Below, one piece after another: positions 25,064 through 27,495 of a stretch of 27,495 nucleotides of DNA (its first letter is position 1; each line of letters starts with the position of its first letter). Where the stretch lies: IMG/VR virus record IMGVR_UViG_3300010286_000010, positions 1 through 27,495 of that record; one strand, 5' to 3'. The DNA comes from a virus. Taxonomy: Duplodnaviria; Caudoviricetes. The notes below the pieces were generated by a model. It did not search any database. It worked only from the letters and a program-made list of their open reading frames with translations, and was not told the DNA's origin. Made by a program: the position numbers and the translations under genes.

Positions 25064-25939
25064 ATGGCTACTGGTAGAATAAATATAAATGACTACAGTA
25101 AACAACCATATAGAGCCGAAGGCTACGCAGATATGCGTGGTATTGTAGACTTTGGTAATCTGGTTCAGTTTGCTCCGTATGAAAAAGGTTACGCATTCTT
25201 AGCAGTTATAAATGGCCCTGCCTTCATGGAATGGGAAGGTGCTAATGACGGAAGAAAAGAGCTGCAGGATGCATTCATAAAGATTCTTGAACAGGAATTC
25301 AGAGGATTAGACGGTATAGATGATATTACAAGTGAGACCATGGAAATCACTGATAACATCTCATCATTGGGTCTGATCTCAAGAGTTCTTCAGCCTACAA
25401 ACAATCAGGTTACAATGAGATTCACAGAGAAATCTGGCTCATTGTTGACAAAGTATATTTCGATGTTTTTAAGATATCTGAAGGACCCAAGAACATTGGC
25501 AAAGACATACGGTGGTGCTGCTGTTAAGCAGGGAGCCGGCGGAGCTAGTGGACTTGAACCTTCATTCGATAAGGAAGTATTCAATATGCTGTATATTATT
25601 ACAGATAGCACATGCTTGAATGTTGAAAAAGCTTTCTTGTTACTAAATGCTCAGCCTACAAGTGCACCTTTTGCAGCAATGTACAATGTTGAAAAGGGTG
25701 AAGTATCATCTGTTGAAATTGATGTTATATTCAACGCTTTCACGATCGACGGCTATTGGGCAAATAAGCTTGCTCAGGATTATCTTGATAGCATTATTTG
25801 CAACGCTGTTAATCATGAAACTGGCAAGATCAACATCAACAGCTGGAGAATGGATTGGAGTATTTCCTCCGGTTCTGGCGTTAGCAAAATGTCAAAACTT
25901 AAGGTTGAGAACAATAAGATTAACATTCCTAGACAATAA
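25064..25939 (+). CDS. Tail tube protein
   Basis: Directly downstream of sheath; beta-rich, VTMRFTEKSG...AFLLLNAQPTS...EIDVIF pattern; same codon bias. Confidence 0.7.
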   Translation: MATGRININDYSKQPYRAEGYADMRGIVDFGNLVQFAPYEKGYAFLAVINGPAFMEWEGANDGRKELQDAFIKILEQEFRGLDGIDDITSETMEITDNISSLGLISRVLQPTNNQVTMRFTEKSGSLLTKYISMFLRYLKDPRTLAKTYGGAAVKQGAGGASGLEPSFDKEVFNMLYIITDSTCLNVEKAFLLLNAQPTSAPFAAMYNVEKGEVSSVEIDVIFNAFTIDGYWANKLAQDYLDSIICNAVNHETGKININSWRMDWSISSGSGVSKMSKLKVENNKINIPRQ

Positions 25940-25944
25940 TATAG

Positions 25945-25980
25945 AGGTGTGTAGCATAATGCTACACACCTTTTCTTTTT
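25945..25980. terminator. Bidirectional terminator between tube and portal genes
   Basis: 12-bp stem AGGTGTGTAGCA / TGCTACACACCT then TTTCTTTTT. Confidence 0.85.
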
Positions 25981-27495
25981 ACATTTCTTCTTCCTGATCT
26001 CTGGTCTTTCTCTTTGAAACATTTATTTTGGCTTGCTGTCTTAATTTTGCTATTACAGCCATATTCAAATGACTTGCTAAATGATAATTAGTACCTAATT
26101 TAACAAATTCTGCTCTCTCTTCTTCGGTTTCTTCAGCTAATTGTATATTAGCAAGTGCATTCATATAATTATAAGTTCCTTCAATTAATTGCTGACCATT
26201 TGTCATATTCAAGAATGCAGGAGCTGGAAGAGTCATCTCTATAGTTTCAGACTCTAAATATTCATAATTATAAATCTTTGTGACTATATCACTGAATATT
26301 ACTTCTACTATATCCTGCCTTTTATATACACTTCTCATAAACTTGCTATTAGACATAGTTGCCTGAATAGCATAGTCTAAGGATTGTCTTGTATTTATCA
26401 ATTCTATAGGTACATCAGTATTATTTATAGCCATCTCTTCCAGTTTATCCATAAGTTCTGACTGGAAGTCGAATTTTTGGCCTTCCATTATCTCAAATTG
26501 AATAGGTGCATCACCAGATTGAGATACTGGAATAATGAAGTCGTTAAATTGACCAGTTATATTAAGTATGCTTGACAAATTCTCCATCTGTCTAGCACCA
26601 AAATTACCTTTCTTAATCTGATTCAATACGTTTAACAGAGTTTTTGCGATATTGGTTTCTACGTTTTGCTTTACATAATATACTCTCTTATCTTGACCTC
26701 TTGTAAGAGTTCCAAGTACATGATTTATATATAAGCAAGAGTATAATTTTGCAGGGAATAGCGACATAGCAAGATCAGATATACCACGATGAGTAACAGG
26801 ATCTATATCAAAGGCTATATGATGTACATCCTCTGCAGGTAAAAAAGAAACAGTAATATTGCCGGATATTCCACTATTTAATGAGTTAAATATTTCATTA
26901 TGTTTAAGAATCATATATATTTCTTTTCTAAGATCTTGATTAGCATTTATAAATTTAGCGTCTATAGCATCAGATAACTGTTTTGCTATATAATCAATAA
27001 TCTTATTTCTATTATCTTCATTAAATTTTTCTGTATTTCTCATCAATTTACCAGCATTGCCTAAAGTATTAAGCCCTGATGATAATTCTAGATAATTTGG
27101 ATCGTCAAATGTTAAATCGTTTGTTTTAAATTCAAGATAATAATAACCAAGACATATGTCATCAATATATAGAGGAATAATGTTCGCTCTATCTAATTTT
27201 TTAACGACACAGCCAGGTACAGTAATTTTTGGATCGCTATCTGAACGTATAGCTTTATCGCCCGTGATTATACCTTCCTGAGCTGTTCTATCATCTTCTA
27301 GCTCTTTTGGAAGTTCTAAATCGTCCGGAACAAGCTTATCTGAGACTTTAAATTCTGATTTTTCTTGTATCAATTGCTCTCTTACTTCTTGATACATTTC
27401 GTTTAAACTTGCGAATTTGTTCTCATTTATTATTTTCTGAGCCTTTTGAAGATTTTCAGCTGCAGATAATAATATTCCGCTTGTATTGAAAGTTA
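25979..27495 (-). CDS. Portal protein (T4 gp20-like), 5'-truncated by window edge
   Basis: Frame stays open upstream of listed Met to the window end; TRGQDKRVYYV...DFIIPV...IQFEIMEGQ...INNTDVP parallels gp20 RAPERRIFY...EDYWLP...ITTLPGG...ALNVP. Confidence 0.7.
   Translation of the reverse strand, partial: TFNTSGILLSAAENLQKAQKIINENKFASLNEMYQEVREQLIQEKSEFKVSDKLVPDDLELPKELEDDRTAQEGIITGDKAIRSDSDPKITVPGCVVKKLDRANIIPLYIDDICLGYYYLEFKTNDLTFDDPNYLELSSGLNTLGNAGKLMRNTEKFNEDNRNKIIDYIAKQLSDAIDAKFINANQDLRKEIYMILKHNEIFNSLNSGISGNITVSFLPAEDVHHIAFDIDPVTHRGISDLAMSLFPAKLYSCLYINHVLGTLTRGQDKRVYYVKQNVETNIAKTLLNVLNQIKKGNFGARQMENLSSILNITGQFNDFIIPVSQSGDAPIQFEIMEGQKFDFQSELMDKLEEMAINNTDVPIELINTRQSLDYAIQATMSNSKFMRSVYKRQDIVEVIFSDIVTKIYNYEYLESETIEMTLPAPAFLNMTNGQQLIEGTYNYMNALANIQLAEETEEERAEFVKLGTNYHLASHLNMAVIAKLRQQAKINVSKRKTRDQEEEM

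Noticed and set aside
989-26022. Short alternative-frame or antisense ORFs in the track (e.g. 989..1207, 1809..2096, 9942..10271, 12711..13082, 15343..15669, 24155..24517, 25647..25997)
   Set aside because: They overlap longer motif-bearing genes, lack SD sites and look like shadow ORFs of AT-rich coding sequence
1-27495. Alternative genetic code (stop-codon reassignment seen in some gut jumbo phages)
   Set aside because: Genes are full length in the standard code, and TAG, TGA and TAA all end genes next to terminators or the next gene's SD

Overview
AT-rich segment of a jumbo myovirus genome, most consistent with the AR9/PBS1/phiKZ-like phages that carry their own multisubunit RNA polymerases. 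The host is probably a Firmicute (Clostridia/Lachnospiraceae-like), judged from strong GGAGG Shine-Dalgarno sites and clostridial-type dUTPase, guanylate kinase, holin and cell-wall-binding domains. The window holds virion genes (probable major capsid 3' part, terminase large subunit, tail sheath, tail tube, portal 3' part), a GroEL-like chaperonin, primase, nucleotide metabolism genes (DHFR, Gmk, dUTPase, HD protein), a lysis-like cluster and a Tad2/DUF2829-like anti-defence gene. The most notable signal is a phage-specific transcription system readable from the sequence. It comprises 13 intergenic AACA-N6-TA(A) motifs matching the AR9 late-promoter consensus, a second TATATATTATAAnTATGA motif (early-promoter candidate), a candidate sigma-like subunit gene (10886-12499) with a 7-codon uORF, a stand-alone RNAP beta-prime C-terminal fragment, 5'-terminal hairpins at predicted start sites and promoter-driven small RNAs. 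AR9 promoter recognition depends on uracil in DNA, yet this phage encodes dUTPase (with unusual motif substitutions) and DHFR. All family assignments are from motif recognition, not database searches.
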